NCBI GenBank assembly: GCA_964639725.1
Contig: CAZXFB010000001.1
Location: 180,400-244,399 of the forward strand
Direction: 5' to 3'
From: an uncultured Rikenellaceae bacterium
GTDB taxonomy: Bacteria; Bacteroidota; Bacteroidia; Bacteroidales; VadinHA17
DNA length: 64,000 nucleotides
Below, piece by piece: positions 10,749 through 21,275 of the stretch. Made by a program: the position numbers and the translations under genes. Position 1 is the stretch's first letter; each line of letters opens with the position of its first letter. Below the pieces are notes generated by a model. That model was not told the origin of the DNA, ran no database searches, and was given only the letters and a program-made list of their open reading frames with translations.

Positions 10749-11867
10749 ATGAAATTTTATAAACTCTTATTAACTGCCTTGTTTTTGTATGGATGGTCAA
10801 TTTCCTTTAGTTATGGATCATATCATGGGGATGTTCAAAAACAATCTTCTGTTTTTCAATTTGGTAAGCTGACCGGGGGTAAAATAACAGCAATGTTTAA
10901 GATCCCTGATTCAAAGGAAATTAATATCAACCTGTTGTGCACTAATGAAGGATTTGAAGATAAAGTATTCACAATACCCTTAGTATCCGGGGATAAATTC
11001 TATCCTCTTAATATTACTCCAAATACTGAACACAGGTTGGAAATTGAGTTTGATCTGAGGTATAACTTCTGTAAGATTTTTATTGATGGTACCTGGCTTA
11101 CTTCGATCCTTTCAAGAAAGCAAATTGGTTATCTAACAGGAATTAATGCTGAGTGCTCCTCCTGCAATAATGAAGAGCTAAAACTCTTTGACGTGAGTAC
11201 TGAAGGAAAGTTTTATGAACAGGTAAAACCTCTGAAAATTGTCACATTCGGCAATTCAACAACTGCATACCGCAAGACGATCACAGGTGTTTATAGTCAG
11301 CGGTTGCCTGAATATTTCAAAAATCAAAATATACCTGTTCAGATCTTTAATGAGGGAATAGGAGGAAGCCATACAGGGCATCTTATTGATAATTCGATGC
11401 ATAAGATACGACATGCGCTGGATCGTTTTGATGATGCAGTTCTTGCAAAGGCACCTGATTTTGTGACTATAAATTTTGGACTCAATGATTCATGGGTTGA
11501 TAGTAAAGACCCGAAGGGTGAATCAAGAATTCCGTTGGATAAATTCAGGGAGAATCTTCTTTTCATGATCAATACCATGAAAGATAGAGACATTACTGTT
11601 ATCCTCATGACTCCAAATGCCTTTGGCGACAAATTCGAACCATGGCGGCATAAGCGGACAGAGAAATATGTAAAAGTGATCAGAAGTATAGCAAAAAAGG
11701 AAAAACTGCCATTTATCGATCAATGGAAACTAATGAATAAATTAGCTGCTGAAGAGGGAAGGAGTATTGATGATTTTTTACTACCGGATGAAATGCATAC
11801 AAATGACCGGTGGCACCAGATCTCTGCTGAAACTATTTCAAGGCTGATTATTGATTTATTGAAATGA
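10749..11867 (+). CDS. SGNH/GDSL esterase with N-terminal accessory domain
   Basis: FGNSTT, NEGIGG, FGLND, DEMH blocks. Confidence 0.8.
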   Translation: MKFYKLLLTALFLYGWSISFSYGSYHGDVQKQSSVFQFGKLTGGKITAMFKIPDSKEININLLCTNEGFEDKVFTIPLVSGDKFYPLNITPNTEHRLEIEFDLRYNFCKIFIDGTWLTSILSRKQIGYLTGINAECSSCNNEELKLFDVSTEGKFYEQVKPLKIVTFGNSTTAYRKTITGVYSQRLPEYFKNQNIPVQIFNEGIGGSHTGHLIDNSMHKIRHALDRFDDAVLAKAPDFVTINFGLNDSWVDSKDPKGESRIPLDKFRENLLFMINTMKDRDITVILMTPNAFGDKFEPWRHKRTEKYVKVIRSIAKKEKLPFIDQWKLMNKLAAEEGRSIDDFLLPDEMHTNDRWHQISAETISRLIIDLLK

Positions 11868-11961
11868 TTCTGATAGAATTTAATTCATGTTCCGGGATCA
11901 GAATATTAATGAGGCTACTGTTATTTATTGACAATAAAATTTAAACCAAAACAACTTAGAT

Positions 11962-13110
11962 ATGAAAACAAGGTTCACAATTATGGTTGCACTGCTATTT
12001 GCAATTTGTGTTTCTGCAACCTCCCAACAGGTTAAAAAAGAGGGTAAGATATCCTCTAACGGGTACTGGATACATGATAAGGTGGAAGAAATTCCTGGTT
12101 TGAAAACCGGCCCTTTTGTCCGACTGGCTGACGGGAGTATCCTAACGATCGAAAGGAATATGAGTTGTATCAGTAAAGACATGGGAAAGACATGGAAACA
12201 GTATCCCATTTTTGCAGATTCCGGGAGGTTTAATATACGGGTGGAAAGAGTTCTGTTCCGTACAAGTGGCGGAGTGATTATTCTCGCTTTCGCCAATGAC
12301 AGGGAGAGAGCTAACTGGAACTGGCAAAATGATATAGCCGATTCTCCGGGTGCAATGATACCTACTTATGCTGTACGTAGTCTTGATGAAGGGAAGACTT
12401 GGCAGGACCTGCAGAAGCTCCATGATGAATGGACTGGCGCAAACCGCGATATTATCGAAACAAAGAACGGTAACATTGTATTTACTTCAATGATGTTACG
12501 TCATAATCCAGGCCATCATACTGTAATCACATATACATCAATGACAAATGGTTTTAACTGGATCCGGTCAAATGTGATTGACCTTGGTGGCGTGGGACAT
12601 CACAGCGGAGTTACCGAATCTACAGTTGAACAGCTAAAGGACGGTCGCTTATGGATGCTTATGCGCACAAACTGGGGAGTTTTCTGGGAGACATATTCAG
12701 AAAATGAAGGATTGACCTGGAAAAATTTCAAACCCACAAAAATTGATGCAAGTTCCGCACCGGGAATGTTAAAAAGGCTTAAAAGCGGCAGATTATTTCT
12801 GGTCTGGAACCGTGCAAACCCTGAAGGGAAAGCTAGTTATCCGTTTACCGGTGGCGATGGTATTTCGTCTGAGGTTGCCCATAGCAATAACCGTGAAGAG
12901 CTATCGATAATGTTTTCTGAAGATGATGGCAAAACATGGAGTGAACCTGTGGTTATTGCCAGGATTACTGATAAGAGTAAAACAAAAACTTTGTCATATC
13001 CGCGTTTTTTTGAACCTAATCCAGGAGAAATATGGATAACCACTACATATTCAGGATTTGCCGGATATCTGAGTGTAAGGTTCTTTGAAAATGATTTTAT
13101 CCGGAAGTAA
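11962..13110 (+). CDS. Sialidase-family BNR-repeat protein (paralog B)
   Basis: Near-identical in protein sequence to 9504-10655 over most of its length; same Asp-boxes. Confidence 0.8.
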   Translation: MKTRFTIMVALLFAICVSATSQQVKKEGKISSNGYWIHDKVEEIPGLKTGPFVRLADGSILTIERNMSCISKDMGKTWKQYPIFADSGRFNIRVERVLFRTSGGVIILAFANDRERANWNWQNDIADSPGAMIPTYAVRSLDEGKTWQDLQKLHDEWTGANRDIIETKNGNIVFTSMMLRHNPGHHTVITYTSMTNGFNWIRSNVIDLGGVGHHSGVTESTVEQLKDGRLWMLMRTNWGVFWETYSENEGLTWKNFKPTKIDASSAPGMLKRLKSGRLFLVWNRANPEGKASYPFTGGDGISSEVAHSNNREELSIMFSEDDGKTWSEPVVIARITDKSKTKTLSYPRFFEPNPGEIWITTTYSGFAGYLSVRFFENDFIRK

Positions 13111-13256
13111 TATCTTACTTCTCTTATGTAGGACAGTGAGAGATCATGATACCATCGGTTGATAGGTTTTATCATTATTATTAAAAGTATGATCCGATAA
13201 GTAAGGAAAAATCCTGTGTTTTAACTTTGACCTATTTAAACATAAAATTAATTCAT

Positions 13257-14669
13257 ATGACATCAATAACCAGACGTTCATTTCTGAAAAAGAGTTCTCA
13301 GGCAGGATTAGTTTCTCTTCTAAGTGCCCGGGCATTGCCGGGATATAGTGCTGGAGTTGGAACTGGAGGAAAACTTCAGAAAAGGACCAACAAACCGATC
13401 TGTAAAGTAATACGCGAGGTTCATGTCGTTTATCCAAAACCAAAAATGGCTCCTGTAACAGGGATGTCATATATTGGAAGAGGGATGAAGCGTGAAGAAA
13501 CGAGGTCTTTTATGCAGTCGAGTGACTGGAGTGAGTCGGCACAGAGACGTATTTCTGAAAACAATGGCCATGTTTGGTCCGACTGGCAACCGATGCCGAA
13601 GGAGACACAGAACCTTGGTGAATTTACCCAGAGCGGAGGAGAATCACAAAGTGGATCAGGACCCTGGGATCCTGTTTCAGGCAAACTTATTAAACCAGTA
13701 TTCCAACGCATTTTTAAAGGAGTTCCCCAGGAGGCCCTGAAGGAAATATGGAAAGGAAACAGGCTTTTTTGGGACCATGGGTATTATCAGCTTTCAGATG
13801 ATAATGGTACTACCTGGGGAAGTGCATTCCAGCTAAACTACGAGAAAGGAGCTGATTTTGATCCAGCAAACTGGGGAAATGAGGATTTCCTCTGGAAGAA
13901 TGAGATGTATATTGGAAATGCATCCGTACTAAAGAACGGATCAGTAGTAATTTGTGCAACAGTTCCTGTACTTTATGAGGATCCTGACGATATGAAGTAT
14001 CCTTCCATCTTTCCCAATAATTACAGGAAAGGTCATGTTGCAGGGGCAATCTGTTTCGTTGGCAGATGGAACAAAGGCAGAAATAATTATGACTGGAGGA
14101 ACTCAAATTCTGTTTTCCTTCCGAGGAAGGTCTCTTCCCGTGGATTGGTGGAGTTAAATATCTGTGAACTCAAAAACGGGAATCTTCTTATGATTATGCG
14201 CGGATCGAATGCAGGACTGGATATTGAAAAAACTCCAGGACGAAAATGGTTTTCGCTCTCACGCGATGGCGGTCTTACCTGGGATGATGTCAGAGATATG
14301 CGCTACGATACTGGTGAGCAGTTCTATTCTCCTGCAACCATACATAAGACCATCAGAAGCTCCAAAACAGGAAAACTGTACTGGGTAGGAAATATAAACG
14401 ATGCACCTGTGAATGCTAATGGTCCGCGTTACCCGCTCCAGATTGTTGAGATTGATGAGGAAAAACCTTCTTTCAAAAAAGATACAGTCACATTGATAGA
14501 TGACCGCGATCCGGAACATGACTCAGAAGCTCTCCAACTTTCCAACTTTTCGCTTCTGGAGGACAGGGAAACCAGGAATATGGAGATCTATTTGACCAGA
14601 CTTGGTGAGAATGGCGGCGGAGCCGATATATGGACTGCAAACTCATATAAATATACACTCTTTTTTTAA
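13257..14669 (+). CDS. Tat-exported BNR/sialidase-fold protein
   Basis: Start placed at ATG 13257; TRRSFLK twin-arginine motif; Asp-boxes SDDNGTTW and SRDGGLTW. Confidence 0.75.
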   Translation: MTSITRRSFLKKSSQAGLVSLLSARALPGYSAGVGTGGKLQKRTNKPICKVIREVHVVYPKPKMAPVTGMSYIGRGMKREETRSFMQSSDWSESAQRRISENNGHVWSDWQPMPKETQNLGEFTQSGGESQSGSGPWDPVSGKLIKPVFQRIFKGVPQEALKEIWKGNRLFWDHGYYQLSDDNGTTWGSAFQLNYEKGADFDPANWGNEDFLWKNEMYIGNASVLKNGSVVICATVPVLYEDPDDMKYPSIFPNNYRKGHVAGAICFVGRWNKGRNNYDWRNSNSVFLPRKVSSRGLVELNICELKNGNLLMIMRGSNAGLDIEKTPGRKWFSLSRDGGLTWDDVRDMRYDTGEQFYSPATIHKTIRSSKTGKLYWVGNINDAPVNANGPRYPLQIVEIDEEKPSFKKDTVTLIDDRDPEHDSEALQLSNFSLLEDRETRNMEIYLTRLGENGGGADIWTANSYKYTLFF

Positions 14670-14763
14670 ACCCGGAAATGATCCAATGATTACCATAAGA
14701 CTGGACAATATCGATATGTGATCTTGATATTTTATACTAGATTTTATTCCTTAAAATGATACA

Positions 14764-16443
14764 ATGATAAGATTATTTAGTGCATCCCTGATGCTCATGT
14801 CTGTAATGACAACTTCTCTGACAATGGCTCAGACAGATGGTTTGATGACAGGTTTTTACAATAAGCAGGTAAGTGTTCCTGTTTCTGAACGAAAGATTGA
14901 ACTCTCTGTTGATCATATTAAAGCTGTTAACCGTTCACGTAGGATCGTCCTGCAATATGATGCATTTTTTGATCTTGGCACGGATTTCAATAAATGGATC
15001 TCTAAAATTTTTGGTTCAGTTGATAAACCCGGTAGCCAGATTGATGCATTATGGTGGGATATAGGCGGTGCTAATATGGCACCGTATCCTGAAAGAGTGG
15101 GTGACAGATATGAACATCCAGGGTTAAAAAAATGGTGGGATCAGGGAATTGACTGGATTGCAGAACTGGTTAAGGAGTCCCGAAAACGAAACCTGGAGGT
15201 TTTCTGGAACCATCGCATTGCTGAAGTAGATCGAGACGCTACAGGATTCCCTCTTGGCGGTGGTAATAATCCTTTGAAAAAGGCTCATCCTGAATGGCTT
15301 GTAAAGAGCTGGTATTATTCAGGACTATGGAATTTAGCTGTTCCTGAAGTACGCACCTATAAAGTGGAATTTATTCAGGAACTATTGGAGAAGTATGAAT
15401 TTGATGGCATTCAACTTGATTTTGCCCGGCATATTCCCTGTTTACCTGTTGGACACCAATGGGAATTACGTGAGAATGTTACAGAATTTGTACGTATGGT
15501 TCGTATTATGATGCTGGATATGGAGAGGAAACTCGGCAGACCGTTACTTCTTTCAGCAAAAGTGCCTGAAAAACTAGAAGGATGCCGGGTAGATGGATTT
15601 GATGTAGAAGTATGGGCACAACAGAATCTTGTTGATATTTTCATCCTTGGTTCCCGTTCCATTGACGTTGATGTTGCTGCCTACCGCCGAATCACGAAAG
15701 GCCATAATATTAAACTCATTCCTTGCTGGGATGACCATCACTCTTCTGACGCGTACCGGAGTCCGGATATTGAAATCCATCGCGGAATATTCGGCAACTG
15801 GTGGCAGCAGGGGGCAGATGGCATAATGATATTTAACTGGTTTGTAGATGGAGAAAAGGGATACAACAGGGACAGACTTCTTACTGTAGCCCGTGAAGCA
15901 GGAACTCCTGAAACTCTTTATCTGAAGGATAAAACTTTTGTTACAGAACGACGGGGAGGCTATCCCTGGGCAGAGGGATATTTTAACCGTAATGAACTGG
16001 CTCCATTACCCTTAATGCTTTCAAATGATGGGCGACCTGCAATAATAAACATAAGAATTTGTGACAACATTAAGGCACTCAATGACAAAATAAACCGTGT
16101 TACTCTGAGAGCGGTAATATTTGGTGCAAAGGAAGGTGATGAGATAGGGGCAAGGCTTAACGGAGTCGCTTTGCCCACTTCATTGCAGGATCATAGTTGG
16201 AAAGATAATCAGATATTTTCTCCCAATCCGCAACCCAATTCAGGTTCTGGTTTGCCACCAGACAACCAGATTGATCCTAAGCAGAAGCTATTCCGGTTAG
16301 AATTTGAAGTAGATCCCGGATTGTGTCATATTGATGAAAACCAGTTTGATATTTATATCATCAAAAGAGTCCCTTATGGCCACGGCAGCACTATCCATAA
16401 TATTGTTCTGGAAAAACTCGAGCTACTTACAGATTATAAATGA
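14764..16443 (+). CDS. Secreted glycoside hydrolase-like protein (GHL10-like TIM barrel)
   Basis: Signal peptide, HPEW, WNLAVPEVR, YEFDGIQLDF, GADGIMIFNW. Confidence 0.65.
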   Translation: MIRLFSASLMLMSVMTTSLTMAQTDGLMTGFYNKQVSVPVSERKIELSVDHIKAVNRSRRIVLQYDAFFDLGTDFNKWISKIFGSVDKPGSQIDALWWDIGGANMAPYPERVGDRYEHPGLKKWWDQGIDWIAELVKESRKRNLEVFWNHRIAEVDRDATGFPLGGGNNPLKKAHPEWLVKSWYYSGLWNLAVPEVRTYKVEFIQELLEKYEFDGIQLDFARHIPCLPVGHQWELRENVTEFVRMVRIMMLDMERKLGRPLLLSAKVPEKLEGCRVDGFDVEVWAQQNLVDIFILGSRSIDVDVAAYRRITKGHNIKLIPCWDDHHSSDAYRSPDIEIHRGIFGNWWQQGADGIMIFNWFVDGEKGYNRDRLLTVAREAGTPETLYLKDKTFVTERRGGYPWAEGYFNRNELAPLPLMLSNDGRPAIINIRICDNIKALNDKINRVTLRAVIFGAKEGDEIGARLNGVALPTSLQDHSWKDNQIFSPNPQPNSGSGLPPDNQIDPKQKLFRLEFEVDPGLCHIDENQFDIYIIKRVPYGHGSTIHNIVLEKLELLTDYK

Positions 16444-16948
16444 TAATTCTCAATCCACATAAGAACTAAGTATACATTACTAAATTCATTATCACCTGAT
16501 TATCAGTTGTTGTCCACCAAATCATTCAATTAAGACCTCGGTAACATGTGATCCCAATAGTTTGTGTAACATTTGTGTATAGGGTTATATCAGTACTTCA
16601 TTGCATTATTTCTGGAAATATGAACATATATGATTACATCTGAATATATCAGGCATATTATTAGCAGCAAAGTTCTCTCAGAACTCTGCTGCATTCACAA
16701 TAACTCATTGAAATAATTTGCTCTGTGAATGCATGTGCATGATAACCAGTGACTTTAATTCGGAGTTTATTAAATAAAGTTATTCTTGGAGTTGTTGAGT
16801 TTTTTTTACCTTTACATATAGTATTTGCAATACTATGTTTTATTATTGCTTGTTCTTTATATATGGTTGATTATTAAGTTATTCAATCCATACTAAAATT
16901 ATAATAATTTAACATCAGCAGTTATGATTGTACTGTCTGATTTAAACA

Positions 16949-19921
16949 ATGAATTATATGAACCCAGAAAATCCGCATCCGGCTACTCCTTTAAGGGATA
17001 TTATACGTTTGACAGAGGAGAAAATAATAAATAGTGACTCCCTTGAATATCATGGTGGAATTAATCCTGATAAACCTGTTCTTGTTATCCTTGTAGCAGG
17101 TAAAGGAACCCGATTTGGAACTGAACCAAAGTGTATTCAGCCTGTTGATGGCACGCCTCTTGCCCGTCATTCCATCGATTCATTCAGGCGTTTTAGTCCC
17201 TCACCGGTTATATGCCTTGTTGGTTACAGACACAACGATGTAATTGCCTCGTTAGGGAAAGATAACATTTATGTTCTTTCGGATAATCCAACAGGGGGAA
17301 CTGCTTTTGCTGCTATGGAAGCTTTCAGTATTAAAAGTCTTCAGGAGAATAATCCGTTACTTATCATCACAATGGGCGACCGTATTGTTCCTTCATCTGT
17401 TTTTCGTAACCTTTGGAAGACACATAATTCTGGTAATAGTGAAGCTGATCTGACTTTTCTGACAGCCATTTATGAACCTCCTAAAAACCGTGGCAAAGGC
17501 AGGATTTTGAGGGATGAAAACAGGAAAGTAGTTGGAGTAATTGAAGAGAAAGATATATTTAATGAGGAAGATCCTCTTGCGAGGCAGACACTGCTTAATC
17601 TTACGGAGGGTAATTGCCCTCTCTATATTGTTAGGGCAGCAACATTGGAAAAGCATTTACAGAAGATAACAAATAACAATGCTCAGGGACAATATTATCT
17701 TACCGATATCATAGAGTCAATCAGTATTGAAGGGGGGGAGATAAGGACAATAACAACTACTATCAATGACCCTGAATATGATCTTCTCTGTTCAGATGTT
17801 ACGCAACCGATGGATATGGCTCTTCTTGAAGGTATTCTGGCATCGAACAGGCAATTGCTTATACCGGGTGAGATTGAGGTGGAAGAGGCTGGACAAATGA
17901 TTTCAAATAGCAGACCTGCAGGACAGGTAGCCTCTATTGCCCGTCAGTTGAGTGAGCTATATTCAATGATTAGTAAGGAGAAGCTTTCATTTGATCCGGA
18001 CGATGCTATCGGGATTGGAATATCTGGTGGACGATTAAGAATTGCTTTCATGCATCCCGATATGGTCCGTTTTTACGGTCCTGCCTGGCAGATGCCAATA
18101 GGTGCTGGTGAAGAGAAAGATGAGGAGCAGATCGTAATGCTGGTACAAAGTGCTGCTGATGGCCGCATACATCTGTTCCCGATGGATCCGAAATATCGTG
18201 AAAGCATAAACTTCATTCCAGCTGACAATGATGCCATGTATCCGGGTTTCGAAATATCTGATATGCATTCATATGAGAAATTTGGCACACAGATGAGTGA
18301 GGGTCTACTCCTCTCACTGGGCTATTTCAGTGACCTTGAACTGGAAGAGAGAAGAAAGAAAAATCTCCCTTTACCTCCATCTTCACTATGGGTGACCAGT
18401 AATCTCCGAAGACCTTTTGCCCTTGTCGGAAATACTATTGCATCCATGCGTACATTGCAAACAGGAAGCCTGGGCACAAAGGTTAAGGAGTCGCTTGGCA
18501 AAGACACTTTCCGGGGTTTGCGCCTGGTATCGGCTGGTAATATTCCACAGGGAGGTTTCTCAAGTTCATCTGCGGTTACTGTGGCCACAAAAAATGCTAT
18601 CAACTCACTTTTTAATATTGGGATTACTCCCGACCTGATGGTTCATCTGGCATGCCAGGCTGAATATGGAACCGGTGTACGAGCAGGATCACTGGATCAG
18701 GCAACTGAACAAAAGGGTAAAGCCGGTCAGGGTACATTGATCTCTTCAAATCCCAAGGACAACTATAAAATTATTGGGACTTACCCGATCCCGACCGACC
18801 GTTTTCAGATAATATTTCCTTATAGTGTTGAGCGTGACCGCATTGCCTGGCAATGGTCGTGGAATACATATGCATCGGCTGGAGGAACAGGCCCCCTTTC
18901 CACTATGGAATTCAGAAAAATGACAGGTAAAGCTGCCGAGATTGCCTCCATTTTGGTTCATCTTCCTGTTGAAACAGACTTTTTTAAACAGATTGAAGAA
19001 GATCTTGTAAGTGATGGTTTATTAAACCTTGAGAACAGACAACTTGTATGTTCAACTCTGCTTAAGTTGCCCATTCTTATTAATAAGGATGATCTTCAGC
19101 AACTTGTTTACTCTAACCATGAGTGGTATACAGGACAACTGATGGAATCAGACCGGATTGATAATTCTGCTGCCGGACAGAAAGCAGATATAACTTTGAA
19201 GTCACTTTTTACCGGTTGGAGAAATCCTGTTCTCAAAAGAACTCTTCCAGACGGAAAAGTTATTGAGGAGCATGGTGTACCTCTGAGAGCAATGGTTGCA
19301 TATCTTTTTGGGGAAGTATCCAAAAATTTCTACCTGATACACCATTCTGATAAATGGATTGAGTTCATAACATTATCTCAGCGAGGTGATTGCTGTTTTG
19401 AAATTAATCCCGACGCTCTGCCATCTGCCGGAGAAATGGCGGGAAAGCTTAGCTGGGAAAGGGGGGTTGAAGGTCCGGAACTTTTAAACATCTGGATGGA
19501 AAAATGTGGTGCCAGACCTTTCGACTTTAACAGAGGTCTTGATGATAAGTCACTTTCAGAAGGAGAGCCTCCTCAGTTTCATCACCTGGAGGGATCTAAT
19601 TTTTTCCGTGGTCTCGCTCTGATAGATCTCGCAGAGGCAATGCTCAAACGTGCGTTCGGAAGTGATGCTGTTGCCGTACGTGTTAATGCCGCAGGGCAAG
19701 GTGACTATTTTCAGGTTCATATTGATAAGCTTAAAGCAAATCCTTCTGATGTAAAAAAATTCATTCAACAAGCTTTTTTCAGAAGATTTGGTATTTTGCA
19801 TGATGAGGAATTTGTTGAGATACACCCTGGAGGAGGAGCTGTCGGTTTGCGTCTTAGCAGGTATGATGCCCTTCCGATGCTTATTCAACGTTTGAGATCA
19901 TTAAGTTCCGGAAATTCATGA
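16949..19921 (+). CDS. Fusion of GlmU-like nucleotidyltransferase and GHMP-family sugar kinase
   Basis: N-terminal LVAGKGTRF..PK, GGTAFA, NNAQGQYYLTDII; C-terminal GNIPQGGFSSSSA, GSLDQ, AAGQG. Confidence 0.7.
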   Translation: MNYMNPENPHPATPLRDIIRLTEEKIINSDSLEYHGGINPDKPVLVILVAGKGTRFGTEPKCIQPVDGTPLARHSIDSFRRFSPSPVICLVGYRHNDVIASLGKDNIYVLSDNPTGGTAFAAMEAFSIKSLQENNPLLIITMGDRIVPSSVFRNLWKTHNSGNSEADLTFLTAIYEPPKNRGKGRILRDENRKVVGVIEEKDIFNEEDPLARQTLLNLTEGNCPLYIVRAATLEKHLQKITNNNAQGQYYLTDIIESISIEGGEIRTITTTINDPEYDLLCSDVTQPMDMALLEGILASNRQLLIPGEIEVEEAGQMISNSRPAGQVASIARQLSELYSMISKEKLSFDPDDAIGIGISGGRLRIAFMHPDMVRFYGPAWQMPIGAGEEKDEEQIVMLVQSAADGRIHLFPMDPKYRESINFIPADNDAMYPGFEISDMHSYEKFGTQMSEGLLLSLGYFSDLELEERRKKNLPLPPSSLWVTSNLRRPFALVGNTIASMRTLQTGSLGTKVKESLGKDTFRGLRLVSAGNIPQGGFSSSSAVTVATKNAINSLFNIGITPDLMVHLACQAEYGTGVRAGSLDQATEQKGKAGQGTLISSNPKDNYKIIGTYPIPTDRFQIIFPYSVERDRIAWQWSWNTYASAGGTGPLSTMEFRKMTGKAAEIASILVHLPVETDFFKQIEEDLVSDGLLNLENRQLVCSTLLKLPILINKDDLQQLVYSNHEWYTGQLMESDRIDNSAAGQKADITLKSLFTGWRNPVLKRTLPDGKVIEEHGVPLRAMVAYLFGEVSKNFYLIHHSDKWIEFITLSQRGDCCFEINPDALPSAGEMAGKLSWERGVEGPELLNIWMEKCGARPFDFNRGLDDKSLSEGEPPQFHHLEGSNFFRGLALIDLAEAMLKRAFGSDAVAVRVNAAGQGDYFQVHIDKLKANPSDVKKFIQQAFFRRFGILHDEEFVEIHPGGGAVGLRLSRYDALPMLIQRLRSLSSGNS

Positions 19922-20180
19922 TTACTGTTAACAACTTATATTTTTATTGTTGGCTATCCTGATAAAATGAGATACACTGCATAATAACCTGATAAATAGG
20001 GTGATATTTTTTATATGATTATCTCTGGATAAAAACATTTCATGACAAACTGATGATTTTAAGAAAAGAATCTTAATTTTGAACCTGTTAACAATAAAAT
20101 TTTGTTATTCTGTTTTTGTTTTATGTTATATAGTAAATACTTTTAAGTGAATCAATTATTATCTTAAAAAACAAATAAAT

Positions 20181-21224
20181 ATGAAAAATAATTTTAATCG
20201 TCGTGATTTTGTAAAAACGGCAGCAATCGGGGGTATAGGTCTTGGTCTTACCGGTAATATGACATCTTTATATGGAAATAGTCAGGTACCTGCTGGCAGC
20301 AGGATTGGGATCATCGGATTGGACACATCTCATAGTGTTGCATTTACAAAAGCACTAAACAGTCCTAAAGCTGGTCCTGAGTTTGGTGGATTTAAAATAG
20401 TTGCAGCATATCCAAAAGGTAGCAATGACATTAAATCAAGTGTTGAAAGGATACCTGGTTATATTGAGGATGTAAAAAAAGAAGGTGTTGAGATCACTAA
20501 TTCTATTGATGAGCTACTTACAAAAGTTGATTTTGTATTACTTGAGACTAATGACGGGCGTCTCCACCTTGAACAGGCTCTTCCTGTTCTGAAGGCGGGT
20601 AAGCGTATGTTTATTGATAAGCCTATTGCTGCCTCTCTCTCCGATGCAATAGCAATATTTGATGCTGCAAAACACTATAACGTTCCAATATTTTCTTCCT
20701 CATCACTACGATATATATCAGGCACAGAAGATATTGCTCAGGGAAAAATTGGCAAAGTACTAGGTGCTGATACATTTTCTCCATGCAGCCTTGAAAAAAC
20801 TCATCCTGATCTTTTTTGGTATGGGATACATGGTGTTGAGATATTATTTACAATAATGGGAAAAGGTTGTAAAACTGTAAGCAGGGTAAGTACTCCGGAT
20901 ACTGATATGGCTATTGGAACCTGGCAGGATAATCGCATTGGTACTTTCCGTGGAATCCGTTCAGGAAAATCAGGTTATGGAGGTAATGTTTTCGGAGAAA
21001 AGGGAATTCTTGCCCTGGGAAATTTTGGAGGATATAATGGGTTATTAGTAAAAATTCTGGAGTTCTTTAAAACCGGCGTTCCACCGGTAAGTTCTGAAGA
21101 GACTTTGGATATATTTGCATTTATGCAGGCTGCTGATGAGAGTAAATTTAAGGGTGGTGTGCCTGTTGATGTTGCAAAAGTTGTGGAGAAAGCAACTCTT
21201 AAAGCAAAAAAAATCAAGTATTAA
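20181..21224 (+). CDS. Tat-exported Gfo/Idh/MocA oxidoreductase
   Basis: NRRDFVK, GIIGLDTSH, FIDKPIA, WYGIH. Confidence 0.88.
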   Translation: MKNNFNRRDFVKTAAIGGIGLGLTGNMTSLYGNSQVPAGSRIGIIGLDTSHSVAFTKALNSPKAGPEFGGFKIVAAYPKGSNDIKSSVERIPGYIEDVKKEGVEITNSIDELLTKVDFVLLETNDGRLHLEQALPVLKAGKRMFIDKPIAASLSDAIAIFDAAKHYNVPIFSSSSLRYISGTEDIAQGKIGKVLGADTFSPCSLEKTHPDLFWYGIHGVEILFTIMGKGCKTVSRVSTPDTDMAIGTWQDNRIGTFRGIRSGKSGYGGNVFGEKGILALGNFGGYNGLLVKILEFFKTGVPPVSSEETLDIFAFMQAADESKFKGGVPVDVAKVVEKATLKAKKIKY

Positions 21225-21275
21225 TTACTTGGTTTAAAAATAGTTAAATATTAAACAATTAATAATAAAATTATT

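Noticed and set aside
16444..16948. Long intergenic region as ncRNA or riboswitch
   Set aside because: AT-rich with no recognisable conserved structure
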